A program made the position numbers and the translations under genes. From an uncultured delta proteobacterium (GTDB lineage: Bacteria; Desulfobacterota; Desulfobacteria; Desulfobacterales; Desulfosalsimonadaceae), in assembly GCA_963826785.1 (NCBI GenBank), contig CAWGYD010000006.1:256001-320000 (forward strand): a stretch of DNA of 64,000 nucleotides. Direction: 5' to 3'. Position 1 is the stretch's first letter. Each line of letters starts with the position of its first letter. The notes below the pieces were generated by a model, which searched no databases, had not been told where the DNA came from, and saw only the letters and a list, made by a program, of their open reading frames with translations. This document shows, in pieces, positions 44,238-55,424 of this stretch.

Positions 44238-44562
44238 TGGCTTCACGGAGAATATCGATATCATTAGTCACCCCAGGCCGGAATGTACGGCAGCTGCATG
44301 AGTACCGATGATCAGGTTTTACGAGATTTGCGTTTTATAACTCAAAGAACGCTTCGTCGCTTTTCTTGCCATGCTCACCCTCTGTTTTCAGGCAGCCGGA
44401 CGACATTCATTTATGGCGTTTAGCCGCTCTTCCGGAGAAAGGCCTTCAAACCAGAACCAAAAATCCGCCTCTTCGGCCTTGTCCATGGGAACACCCCTTG
44501 CCCTCCACTGCCGGCTATAATGTCTTCGCGCTTCCCCGTTCTTCCATACTGAGGTATCGCCT
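44238..44562 (-). pseudogene. Decayed second copy of the small gene plus NTase 5' end
   Basis: Colinear similarity to 41073-41404 (e.g. CCGGAGAAAGGCCTTCAAACCAGAACC) with indels. Confidence 0.82.
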
Positions 44563-44701
44563 GAAATTTCAAGATTCCGTTATAATTCATCATTTCAGTG
44601 GGGAACAAAAGGATTGCGGGATAATTCGAAAAATCACGGGGACTTTTCACAAAAGATAACGACCTACGCATGGCGGCAGGTTAAAGGAGGGAAAGGCGTG
44701 C

Positions 44702-44738
44702 AAAGGAGGCGCCTATTAATTCCAGGCGCCTCCTTTTT
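44702..44738. terminator. Intrinsic terminator, possibly bidirectional
   Basis: AAAGGAGGCGCCT-ATTAATTCC-AGGCGCCTCCTTTTT, just past the end of the Ig-domain gene. Confidence 0.75.
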
Positions 44739-44758
44739 CATAATTTAACTATGATCTA

Positions 44759-47700
44759 TTAAGGCACTGTTCCACAAGGTAGCACATTAAAGGGTGATTC
44801 TGGGAACGCTTCTGCAATCACTGATTTTTCACTCGTCATGAGCGGTAGCCATTTCCGGGAATTGGTAATGTATTCCGTTCCGTATACCATACAGATGGCG
44901 GTAATCTGGTCCTCGACCCACCAAGCGTATTCCTTTTGGAAGATCAATTTGAAACTGGCCACACCGCTGTCATCGGTCATCACGGATGCTGGGATCGTGC
45001 CAGCTGCCGACTGACCTGGGGTGAGCGTGCCATTTCCCAAACCCGGCACCCGGTCACCTGAGGCCATATCCATTGAAATAATCCGGTAAATTCGGATTTC
45101 CGATATTATGCAGTCGCCGCATCTTCATCACCGTCAAGAAAAGCATTGTTATTGAGATCTTCATTGACGAAGTAAAAGGGAGGTTCCCGCGAGAGGATCT
45201 CGAGTATACAGTCGGTATTTGATTCCCGTCGCAGGGATTATCATAGCACAACATTCCACTCGTCATTCCAGTATTTCGTCCAGAACCCGTGGCATAACGC
45301 GTCGGGCATCAAGACTAAGAGATACCAAGAGTATCCCGGAACAGGATTGCCGTTAGTATCAGCGACCAAAAGAAATCGTCTGCTCATAAAGAGTATTGTC
45401 GGATTGGAGATTTGATATTGGTGGCATATCCGATGAAATATTCGCCACCCGGCCGGTGATCACTATAGAAACACCGTTATCTTCGCGATATCCCAGATCC
45501 TCACCTTGAATAATATCATTAATCGTAAAGCCAGTGCCGCCCCGATCATCACATCTGCATCCGTGACATCCCCGCAGGTTTCTATATGTAGCGTGCACTT
45601 CTTATCAGAATAATAATAAAACCGGTGGATTCCGGGCGCAGCATGGTTGGTTACAGGCCCCGCGGAAGTTACTGTAACTGTACTCCCGCTAATTGTTGCA
45701 TGAAACCCGGAATTAATTCAAGCGCATTCCACGTATTCTGAGCTATGCCCGTTGCAGATTCATTTGCGGCAATGGGAACTTGAACTCCGGTCTCCCAGGC
45801 ACAAGGGATCGTATAAGGAACATATGTCCACCAGAGACACAATACCACACATAATAATTTCGCCTGGGGTTGAAATTGTAAAATTTTACCAAGCAGACTT
45901 TCCGATAAATCAGCTTCGCATGTAATGGTGGTAATTTCCCTTTCGGTATAAGATGAATCAAATCCTGCCATAGCGTCAATGGCATTCTCTTGTTGCTGAA
46001 GTCACTTCACACTGGGATGCCCCAGAAACGATCCAACTTCAATCGGCGTTGATCCCGCCGGTGCCGGGTCAGTCCCCATCCCATCGATATTATACAAGTA
46101 ATAAGGGACATCGGGTTCGGCGGCATAGAAGCAAATAAATGGTGAAATAATCGTTATTGTCCAGTGTCGCTTCATCGACACACTGGATTCAGTGGTTTCA
46201 TTTGCACATCCCTTGGGATTCGCCCCCGGGCCCTGATCCGAACTGCGGATGCAGGATCGCTTCCGGTGCTCAATGAACGGAAGTAAACGTTGTCCTGGCG
46301 ATGCCTGCGGAATTGGTTACCGCGGAAACAGGAGAAATATACTCTCCGCCACCGGTGGTATTCTCCAGATAAAAATCAACAACCGCATCCCCAACCGGCC
46401 CCATACAAATCGATGATCTTTGCCTCAATAACAAGGCTATATTTAGATATCTCTGTACTGGGCGGAATATTGGTCTGGTTTGCATTAATCATGATATCAT
46501 GTGCCTGACTGGCCGGTGTATAAAATGAAATCTGGGTAAGATCGACCAATCAAGGATAAGTGGCTTTATCTCAGCATACGACCTGAATGGTGGCCACTCC
46601 GGCTTGCGCACTGGACAGATTCAATGTCACATTTAGATTATCATTATTGATCAGGTATTGGCTTTATGACTGTTTTTCCAGTTTCACCTTCCCATGCCCC
46701 AAAACTCGTGACAAAAACAATATTCTCTAATTGTTCATTCCGCCGGCGTGAATGGTGACCGCTACGTTTCCGCCGCAGCTGGGGCGGAATAGGGGCTGAT
46801 ACTGGGCATGGTAATATTGAATAGGTCATCTGGCTCACCAATGGTGTAAGTCCCCTCGACCGTCATATCCAGGCCTGTAGCAATGATGGTAGCTTCTCCT
46901 GTCAGGTCTCTCGCAGTTAAAACAATGCTCGATTTCGCCGTGCATAATTGGTTTTTGGATTACCGGTCGGCGGTAAGCCGGAAAGGGTAGCGTTGCTTAA
47001 ACCAGCATTAAAGGATACAACAAATTCCGCATTGTAAATGGGCATGCCATTTTCCGCATCCACTACTTTAATGATGATCTCCTGCTGTTCATAGGGCGCT
47101 GTCAGACTTGTACTGAGTTGTGCAGTGGAAGGAGTGATAGTGACTTCCGTTCCATATCGTTGAATCGGGATACTTGCGGATTTTTCGGCCAACTTGCGGT
47201 GATAGATGTATCATTGAATGGTTATCAGGTCCTGGATTTGATGATAACGGAAGCTTCGCCAGCTGCATCTGTATCCACGCTGGATGCGCTCATCTGACCA
47301 CCGGTGGTTTCAAAGCTGACGGCCACACCTTCAAGGGGGACAAAATTATCGTCCAGGATCAGCGCGGTGGTAGTCGCACTGTCTGTCCCATTGGTTTTAA
47401 TGGATGTCTTAGATGCTGATAAGGTAACGCTGTTTACAATAGGCACACCGGATGATCCACTGATGGAAACAGATCGGACTGAGTCACGTTTCCGGATTTT
47501 GCAACCACTATCTGATTGCCCGCAATGTCCCCCGCAATTAGAGAGGTATCAACTACGCCGGTATCCGTAATTAAAAGGATTGATATCAGAAAGCGTGCCA
47601 AAATCGTAAAGCAACGAAAATTCGATCAAATGTTCCTATCGGCACCGGCTTTCCATCCGTCCCCTTTCACAGACGCCGTGATCTTCGATAAACTCCTTGC

Positions 47701-50700
47701 CGTCTGCCGGAATCTCATCCCGAAAAGCTGTTAAAGTTATGGAGCTCACAATAGTCGGATTGTAAAATAAAACCTCAATGTCTGGGTGACACTTCCCGAA
47801 GTCGCTTTTACAATGGCAGTCCCCAGGAATAGCACTCGAAATCAAAGAAACGAAAACAGTACCGTCGTTTCCGGCTATGGTCGCAGAGTCAGGAACCAAG
47901 GTCCCTATTGCTCCGCCCGTACCAAAGCTAAAGATGATTTCGGTGCCCTGTGGCATCGGATCGCCGTTGGTGTCTGTAACAACGGCTTTTATGGTAGTTG
48001 AACTGATACCATTCGCAATTATAGTGTCATCAGGGGTTGATAAAGAAATCCCCCCAACGACAGCATCATTTGTTCCTTCGCCGGTAAATGTGATCAACAT
48101 GGATTGCGATTTGGATCCAGCCGTGGCTGTCACCTTGGCCACATCAGGCGAATCGGCTGCAATTAATGATGTGGTGACCGTGCCGGTGCTTCCGGTGGTA
48201 TAGAGGGTGACAGACTGCACCAGCGGCAATGTCCCAAAAGCGAAGCTGCCGCTATTGGTTGTAAAGACTACCGGGGTTCCCACGGGCACCGGATTGCCTG
48301 AAGTATTTTTAACGGTTGCGGTGATGGCGGTTGAACTTGAACCGTCAGCCGGAATGCTGGTCCTGGAAGCAGCCAGTGTAATCGAACCGACGACCACCGA
48401 ACCATCATCGATGATGATATTGAGCACCTGTGTGACGCTTCCGGAAACAGCGGTGATTTTGGCCACTCCGCCATCTTCGCCGGCCATCAGGGACGTGATG
48501 ATGGTTCCGGAATTATCGGCCGTATAAAGCGTTCTCTGGCTGGTTAAACGCTGTGCCTTCGCCATCCGGGTCGGTTCCGCCGGGGAATTCCCCCCGTGTG
48601 GTCTTGAAGGTGATGCCGGTTCCTTCCGGCATGGGGTTGCCGGTGGTATCGAATACTTTGGCGGTAATCGATGTCGAACCGGTTCCGGCCGGAATCGTGC
48701 TGGCTCCCGACGTAAGGGTCATATACCCCACAATTCCGGAAGGGATTCGGACATCAACACTGGTGGTGTCCACGATGCTGCTGTTGCTTGCGGCCCGGAC
48801 GCGGATCCGGTCGGTTCCTTCGGTAACACCGGCAATATAATTGACCGTGGCCCGGCCGTTGACGTCGGTGGTCTGTTTGACGGCGGAAAGGCTGCCGTTG
48901 GTGTTGTTGTCGTAAAGATCGAAGTAGAGCATTTCCCCTTCCACCGGCTGTCCGGCGCCGTTGTTGAGTTCGGCGATGATGGTGGACTGCGCGCCCGGCA
49001 GGACGGTTTCCGGCACGGCCTCGACATTCATGCCGCCGGCTTTTCCTGAGGTCAGCAGCACATCGACCCGGGCCTTGAATCCGTTGGCGTCTGCGGTGAC
49101 GGTGGCGGTGCCCCAGGTGGTGCCGCTGCGCAGGGTCACTTCGGCAAAGCCGTTCTGGTCCGTGGTTTTCTGGGACAGATTCAACGATCCCAGGGTGGTG
49201 GAAAAATCCACCGTGATTCCCGGCGCCGGCTGGTTGTTGTAATCCAGCACGGTGGCCCGGATGGTGGTGGTCGACCGGCCGTCCGCCTCCATTTTATCGG
49301 TACCGGCTTTGACGCTGATGGCGCCGACAATAACGGCATCGGGATCGACGGTGACGATTACCTTCTTGTTGACCCCGTTGCTGACCCGGGCCATGATCTC
49401 CAGATCAAAATTGCCGTAGACAGCGCCCAATGTCGAACGATAGACGCCGTCTTCCGCCTGGTCCGGTGTCATTTCCTTGGAATCGAGCACCTCGCCATTG
49501 CCGTAAGCCTGCCGCACCAAAAACGTCAGCCGCTGGTCATCCAGGCGATTGTTGTAATAATCCATGACGATGGCGGCGATGTTGAACTGGCCATTGGGCG
49601 GAACGATATCGGGAAGCGCATACATGACGATGTGATCGGCGGGACCGGGGATGAACTGGATATCCACCTGGGCGATAAAGCCGTCGCATTCCGCGCTGAC
49701 CGTGGCCGGTCCGGCAAATGTCGAGGAGAGCAGCATGACCTCGGCCAGGCCGATGTCACTGGAGGTGGCGCTTGCGGCTTTCAGCACCCCCGCGGTGGTT
49801 TTGAAGGTCACGGTCTTTCCGGCGGCGGGATTTCCGTCAATGTCGGTTACGGTGGCCCGGATCTTGACCTGGCTCTTGCCGTCCGCCACGATGGAAGGTG
49901 ATCCGGAGACTTACGGTAATCTCTCCCATCACAATGGCGCCCGGCTCGACCACGATGGTTGCGGTCGCTTTCATGCCGGCATCCTTTGCCAGCGATCCCT
50001 GCACCACATCGGATCCGGCATCTTTGCCGCAGGTGAAGGGCACTTCGGCCACGCCATTCATATTGGTGACAGCGGAAAGCGTATCGAGCCCGCCGCCGCT
50101 GGCGATGATCAGATTGGAAAAGTTGACGGTGACGCCCTCAATGGGGTTGTCATTGATATCGAGAACCTGTGCGTAAACGGTGGTGGCCCCCTTCGGACGG
50201 ACGGTGGATGGCGCGGCCCGCAAAGCCAAGGTGGCGGGATCGCCGGCGGTGAAGGTGACGGATGCGGCTGCAAAGAGACCGTTGGTCGAAGCGGTGATAT
50301 CGGCCGTACCGATGGATGTGCCGCTGATCAGCATTAAGGGCGCTTCACCATCCACATCGGTCACTGCCGTCTGGTTCCGGTTTAAAATACCCGGATCGAT
50401 GGGGTTTTCCTCAAAAAACTGCCCCAGGGTGGTTTTGAAATGAACGGTCACCCCGGGTTCGGGATTGCCGTTGGCATCGAGAACGGTGGCAATGACCGCC
50501 ACCTGGCTGCTGCCGTCGGCCTGAATGGCGTCGCTGCCGGTCCGCAGGGTGATGGTGCCCACCTTGTGGGGATCAAAAAAACGGACCTCGACTGCCTGGC
50601 GGGACCCATTGGCTTCCGCCGTCACCTCGGCGGTGCCGGAGGCATTGGCGGCGATCAGCTGGGCGATGGCAATTCCCGAGGCCTCAACGGTGGCCACCGC

Positions 50701-50973
50701 ATATTTCTTTTCCCCGTTGGGGAATTTTCCCAGGTTGGTCCTGAAGGTGACCTGTGTCCGTTTGTCCACCGGCTTTCCTTCAAAATCGGTCACCAGCGCC
50801 CGAATCGCGGTTGAAGATACCCCGTCGGCAGGCAGTTCAGCTTCTGCTGCAGAGAGACTGATTGACGCCGCATCATAACCAGGAGTTCCTTGATCGCTGC
50901 ACCCTATCAGTAAAAATGCAAGAAAACTTACCAGTAATAAACGAAAAGTTATCTTTGCATATGCGTTTCTCAT
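44759..50973 (-). CDS. Giant invasin/Big-like Ig-domain lipoprotein (~2,000 aa), broken by many frameshifts
   Basis: Signal peptide with lipobox LIGC from ATG 50973; repeated ADGxSxxxIxAxVxDxxGxPxxGxxVxFxTxxG units in ORFs 49837-51033, 48513-49889, 47636-48565 and 47225-47446; NEDLNNNAFLDGDED near 45150; C-terminus 44759-45073. Confidence 0.78.
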
Positions 50974-51032
50974 GGAAAAGATCCTTTCAATTTCTATTTT
51001 ACGGCGGCCTGCCTGTTTCACTTTTCGTCTCA

Positions 51033-53453
51033 TTACCGGGTCTCCACCTGAACCAGATTTTTCTGTTCAAGCTGTACAATTCGGGGGGTTATGAATATCA
51101 GCAGTTCATTCTTGGTATTTTCCTTGCTCACACTTTTAAACAGCCACCCGACGATGGGCATGTCCTTTAATACCGGGAATCCGGATTCACTTTCCTGCAG
51201 AGTGGTCTTCACCACCCCGCCGATGACGATGGTATCACCGTCATCCACCAGGAGGCGCGTCTGGGCCTCATTGGTGGAGGTGATCAGATCGCCGCTGGGG
51301 GCTTCGCCCACGATCTCATTCTTTGTGGTGGTGATATTCAATGAAATTCGGCGATCTGCGGTCACCTGGGGTGTGACTTCCAGCAGCAGGTCCACATCCT
51401 CAAACGCGATGTTGACTTCATTGTCTTCAACCGTCTGGTAAGGAACCCGCAGTCCCTGCTTGATCATGGCGGACTGATTATCCAGGGTGAGAATTTTAGG
51501 CGAGGAAATGATCTTGCCCTTGCCTTGCTGCTCCATCGCCCGCAGGGCGGCGTCAAGAACGAAGGGGGTCCCCCACGCGTCCAGTCTCTCGAAATTAAAG
51601 GCAAGCAGCCCGGTGCTGTCGTTGTTGCCTTTATAAGGCGTATTCATGACCAGATTGTATCCGTACTGGCCGCCCAGGTCATTGCTGTAGATCTCCTCGC
51701 CCGAAGCACCCCATTGAAATCCGAGTTCCCGGGTATAATCATCATTGACTTCAACGATTCTGGCCTCGATCTGGACCTGCATCGGCACCGTATCAATCTT
51801 TTCGATCACCTGTTTGGCTTTTTGAATGGCATCCTGCGTATCGGTGATGATCAATTGGTTGTTGCGCTTATCCACCGTGATTTTGCCGCGGGGGGTTTTG
51901 ATGTCGCTGAGATGGCTGACAATTTCCTTATCCGCATTCGCATAACTGATTTCGATAAATTCCGTGAACAGGGGTTCCAGTGTCTTTTCCTGCTCTTCCC
52001 GCTCCTTCATGGCCTTAATCTGCTCCTGGCGGGCTTTTTCCTCATTCTTTATCGTACTCAGGGTGGCCACCCGGATGATATCGCCTTCCGGAATGGTTCC
52101 CAGCTGATTCATCCGGCAAACCAAATCCAGCACCTGGTCCCATGGGACCGGTTTGTCCAGAGAGATGGTCACTTCCCCGTTGACATTCTTGTCAATGGCG
52201 TAATTTTTACCGCTGATCTGCTGCAGGATGCGAAATACGTTCTTGATATCGGTTTTGTAGAAATCAAGAGCGATTTTCTGACCTTTATAATCCTTCCGGG
52301 CCATCACCAGTTTCGCATAGGGGTCGTCGGAAACCGCCTGAATGTCGGTCACCTGAGCATCAGATGTCGATGCGGTTGGAATTTCATCAACTGTTTCCGC
52401 TTTATTCAGAACCTGCTGCCAATCGGGGAGATTTGCCGCCTCCAATGGCCGGGGGCCGATGGAAGACGGATCAAAATACACTGTGATATCGGTTCCGTCC
52501 TGAATGGGACGGTAGGGAACGGTTTCCCGCAGCTCGATAATAATATCGGTGATGTTTTCTTTTTCGGATGTCTGTACCGGGCTGACGCGGTCCACGGCGC
52601 TTTCAAACCGGGTGGTGATCAGGGGCCGGTTGCGCCTGAATTGCGGCAGTTTGCTGTTAAACAACCGGATCCGCAGGGTGCGATCCGAAACTTTACTGAT
52701 ATCAAACTCGACCGGTTCGGTGGTGCCGATAATCACCGCTGATTTTCCGGATTCCTGGCTGGAAAAATCAATCCGGTCGATTACCGCCGGGCGGCCGCTC
52801 TTTGCCAAGGGGGCCTGTTGTTTCTGCGGGGACTGTTGCGCCGGGATGATTTGGGCCAAAGCAACCGGTTCTTCTTCCAGCGCCAGGATCGGCTGCGCTT
52901 CAGATAACATTGCGCCGGACTGCTCATCGATCTGTTCGACGCCAATTTCATTTTCCATTATGGGATTACTGACGGATGCGGCGGCGATGGCGTTGAACAA
53001 GACCTCGAGATCCGGCCCTTTGCGCTCCACCGTGTATTCCGCATCCTTTTTCAGATCGATTTCGATCCGGGCGTTGTTCTGATCCGGCTGCTGATACGTT
53101 TTGATCGATGCGATGATATTGCTGTTCGGCTGTGTTTCAGCCTGAATATCGGCAAGCGATGTCTGCGGAAAATAAAGAACCACACCGACGGGCTGGTTCT
53201 TTTTGACGGACGTATACTGAAGTTCTGTGTTTCCGCTGATGATGAGCCGATCCAATGCGGTCGAATCCGCGCTTCGGCTGCCCGATACCATAATCCCGGT
53301 AATCTGCTTGGGAACAGCGGCCTTTTCAGCAACGGCATCTTCCTTGGCCGGCAGGGACCGGCAGCCGGCACCGCATGCCACCAGGATCAGCAAGGCACAT
53401 AAAAAATTTCCTACATGGCGCTTCGTCGACATCACATTCCTAAGATCATGCAT
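51033..53453 (-). CDS. pilQ: Type IV pilus secretin
   Basis: AMIN-like domains, YKGQKIALDF, VPWDQVLD, QVQIEARIVE, ISSPKILTLDN, ELLIFITPRI. Confidence 0.95.
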   Translation of the reverse strand: MHDLRNVMSTKRHVGNFLCALLILVACGAGCRSLPAKEDAVAEKAAVPKQITGIMVSGSRSADSTALDRLIISGNTELQYTSVKKNQPVGVVLYFPQTSLADIQAETQPNSNIIASIKTYQQPDQNNARIEIDLKKDAEYTVERKGPDLEVLFNAIAAASVSNPIMENEIGVEQIDEQSGAMLSEAQPILALEEEPVALAQIIPAQQSPQKQQAPLAKSGRPAVIDRIDFSSQESGKSAVIIGTTEPVEFDISKVSDRTLRIRLFNSKLPQFRRNRPLITTRFESAVDRVSPVQTSEKENITDIIIELRETVPYRPIQDGTDITVYFDPSSIGPRPLEAANLPDWQQVLNKAETVDEIPTASTSDAQVTDIQAVSDDPYAKLVMARKDYKGQKIALDFYKTDIKNVFRILQQISGKNYAIDKNVNGEVTISLDKPVPWDQVLDLVCRMNQLGTIPEGDIIRVATLSTIKNEEKARQEQIKAMKEREEQEKTLEPLFTEFIEISYANADKEIVSHLSDIKTPRGKITVDKRNNQLIITDTQDAIQKAKQVIEKIDTVPMQVQIEARIVEVNDDYTRELGFQWGASGEEIYSNDLGGQYGYNLVMNTPYKGNNDSTGLLAFNFERLDAWGTPFVLDAALRAMEQQGKGKIISSPKILTLDNQSAMIKQGLRVPYQTVEDNEVNIAFEDVDLLLEVTPQVTADRRISLNITTTKNEIVGEAPSGDLITSTNEAQTRLLVDDGDTIVIGGVVKTTLQESESGFPVLKDMPIVGWLFKSVSKENTKNELLIFITPRIVQLEQKNLVQVETR

Positions 53454-53469
53454 CTTTATGTTCTCCAGG

Positions 53470-54198
53470 CTAGTTCTGAAGTTTCAATTCTTTTTCTCGA
53501 ACAGCTATTTTTCCAAACATGTCCAGATACTTTTCCTCAACCACGATACGGTCCTTCAATATCTTTGATATCTGACCGCCTTTATTGCCGATATAGGTAT
53601 TTTCAGATACCACATACCCTTTCCCCGATGACTCTTCCACCAGTGCGCTGTTCTTGCTGGGGGTCCGCAACACGGCAGTCAGTCGAAGCTGGCTGAGATC
53701 GACCATTTCCAGAGGCGTCTGAGGCGGCCGGATCTGAAGCTTCTCCTTGTCGGTGGAAGTGATTTCGGGCTCCGGCTTTTTTAAAAACGGTTCAAACGGG
53801 TCAATCCGGTCTTTGCGGCTGTACAATCGCTGCTTTTTCCCGATGAGGCTTTCGATTTCCGCCTTGATGGACTGGGTTTCATCCTTCTTATCGTCACCGG
53901 TTCCATCTACCGAAACGGCCGGGTTGCTCTGACCGGGAACTTCGGAATCGACCTGCTGATCAGGTGAATTCGTGCGGTCAATGGCGGCGGTTTCAATGGG
54001 TGCAGCGGAGGGGCTCGGGGCGGCGGCCTCGGGGCTGGCGGTCGGCGTTGCTTCGACAGAGGGGGGTTCAGGCCGCTCGATTTTGATCCGATTGCTGATA
54101 AACCGCACGGATTCTGCGGCAATGGAGTCGGTGAGGCTGCCCCATAAAATCATTCCCATACAAACGAATAAACATAAATAGCGAATGATCCTGGTCAT
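53470..54198 (-). CDS. pilP: Type IV pilus assembly protein PilP with low-complexity linker
   Basis: RIDPFEP, TPLEMVDLSQLRLTAV, ALVEESSGKGYVV; operon position. Confidence 0.9.
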   Translation of the reverse strand: MTRIIRYLCLFVCMGMILWGSLTDSIAAESVRFISNRIKIERPEPPSVEATPTASPEAAAPSPSAAPIETAAIDRTNSPDQQVDSEVPGQSNPAVSVDGTGDDKKDETQSIKAEIESLIGKKQRLYSRKDRIDPFEPFLKKPEPEITSTDKEKLQIRPPQTPLEMVDLSQLRLTAVLRTPSKNSALVEESSGKGYVVSENTYIGNKGGQISKILKDRIVVEEKYLDMFGKIAVREKELKLQN

Positions 54199-54200
54199 AA

Positions 54201-54833
54201 TTATCTTCTCTTCTTTTTCTTGCCCTTGGCGGGTTTGCTCTCAGGGGCGGATTCGATGAACTTGTAAGTTTCGGCCATGCAGGATATCGAGAGGGCCGCG
54301 CCTCTTTTGGTTTTCATGTCGAAATCCTTGATGTTGACGATTCGGCTCATGCCGGCCAGCTGGTCGAAAAATTCACCCAGATCATGATATGTTCCGTCCA
54401 GCTGCATCCGGATGGGAAGCTCCGCGTAAAAATTCTGCTTTTTTTCCGCTTCCGGCTTGAACAGCAGAAACGTGAGCCCCGAGTCTTTTCCGGATTCGGA
54501 AATGCTGGTCAGCAGGGACGGAATTTCATCGGTTACCGGCAGCGCCTTTGCCACTGCATTGAATTTGGCCTGGGCTTCCTCCATCTTCTTCTTGTACATG
54601 GCATACTGGGCGGCGGTGGCTTTGGTCTTTGCCAGTAGGTCTTCCTGTTTCGAAATCTCGGCTTTGAGCTTCTTGATTTCCTCAAGCTGAGGCTTGAATG
54701 CGAACCAGCCGAACAGGCCGATAATCACCACAAAGGAGACGATGCTGATAATGATCCGCTGAACCCGGGTGAGGTCACTGATTTTCTGGATAAGCGGTTC
54801 AATCGAATTTAATGAAAAACTGATCTTCTTCAT
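54201..54833 (-). CDS. pilO: Type IV pilus assembly protein PilO
   Basis: LPVTDEIPSLL, FYAELPI, GTYHDLGEFFD, RIVNI. Confidence 0.93.
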   Translation of the reverse strand: MKKISFSLNSIEPLIQKISDLTRVQRIIISIVSFVVIIGLFGWFAFKPQLEEIKKLKAEISKQEDLLAKTKATAAQYAMYKKKMEEAQAKFNAVAKALPVTDEIPSLLTSISESGKDSGLTFLLFKPEAEKKQNFYAELPIRMQLDGTYHDLGEFFDQLAGMSRIVNIKDFDMKTKRGAALSISCMAETYKFIESAPESKPAKGKKKKRR

Positions 54834-54848
54834 TATCTTTCTGCCCTT

Positions 54849-55424
54849 TTATTTTGCGGCCAGTTTAGCGGCCGGCGGCTTGTCCTTGGCCCTTTGACAT
54901 ACGATCTGAAACTGTTTCATATTGATGCCGTATCTGGAAACCTGCTTGGCACTGGTCAGATCGACCTTGCTGAACTGCTTGGATTGTTCAAGCCGGATCA
55001 TGAACTTGGCCACCGTTTCATTGTCCAGGGCCACACCGTCGATAACGGCCCTGGCCGAATTGACATTGAGCCGGAGAAGTTCCATTCGGCCCGGAACCAC
55101 GGTCTCGGTCATTTCGGAAAGCAGGATAGGTGGTTTTTCGCGATCGGCCTTCAGCTGATTGACGATTTCAATCTGCTTTTCCAGTGTCGCCAGCTTTTTC
55201 TTGATATCCTCGACTTCCTTGGCCTTGGCCTCATAGATGGCGACTTCTTTTTTAACCTGATCCAGCCGGCCGGCAAGTTGTCCCACCTTTGATTTCAGAA
55301 AACCGAACCCGACCCCCAAGATGACGATTAAAAGGACAAGAGACAGTAAAAACACCGACACCTGTCTCCGGATATTCTCCTTGGTCCGCGCCGCCCGGTA
55401 GGGCAGTAAGTTAATGCGTATCAT
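54849..55424 (-). CDS. pilN: Type IV pilus assembly protein PilN
   Basis: MIRINLLP PilM-binding motif, TM and coiled coil. Confidence 0.93.
   Translation of the reverse strand: MIRINLLPYRAARTKENIRRQVSVFLLSLVLLIVILGVGFGFLKSKVGQLAGRLDQVKKEVAIYEAKAKEVEDIKKKLATLEKQIEIVNQLKADREKPPILLSEMTETVVPGRMELLRLNVNSARAVIDGVALDNETVAKFMIRLEQSKQFSKVDLTSAKQVSRYGINMKQFQIVCQRAKDKPPAAKLAAK

Noticed and set aside
40700..44700. Integron, IS element or prophage
   Set aside because: No integrase, transposase or phage gene, and no attC-like GTTRRRY/RYYYAAC hairpins were recognised
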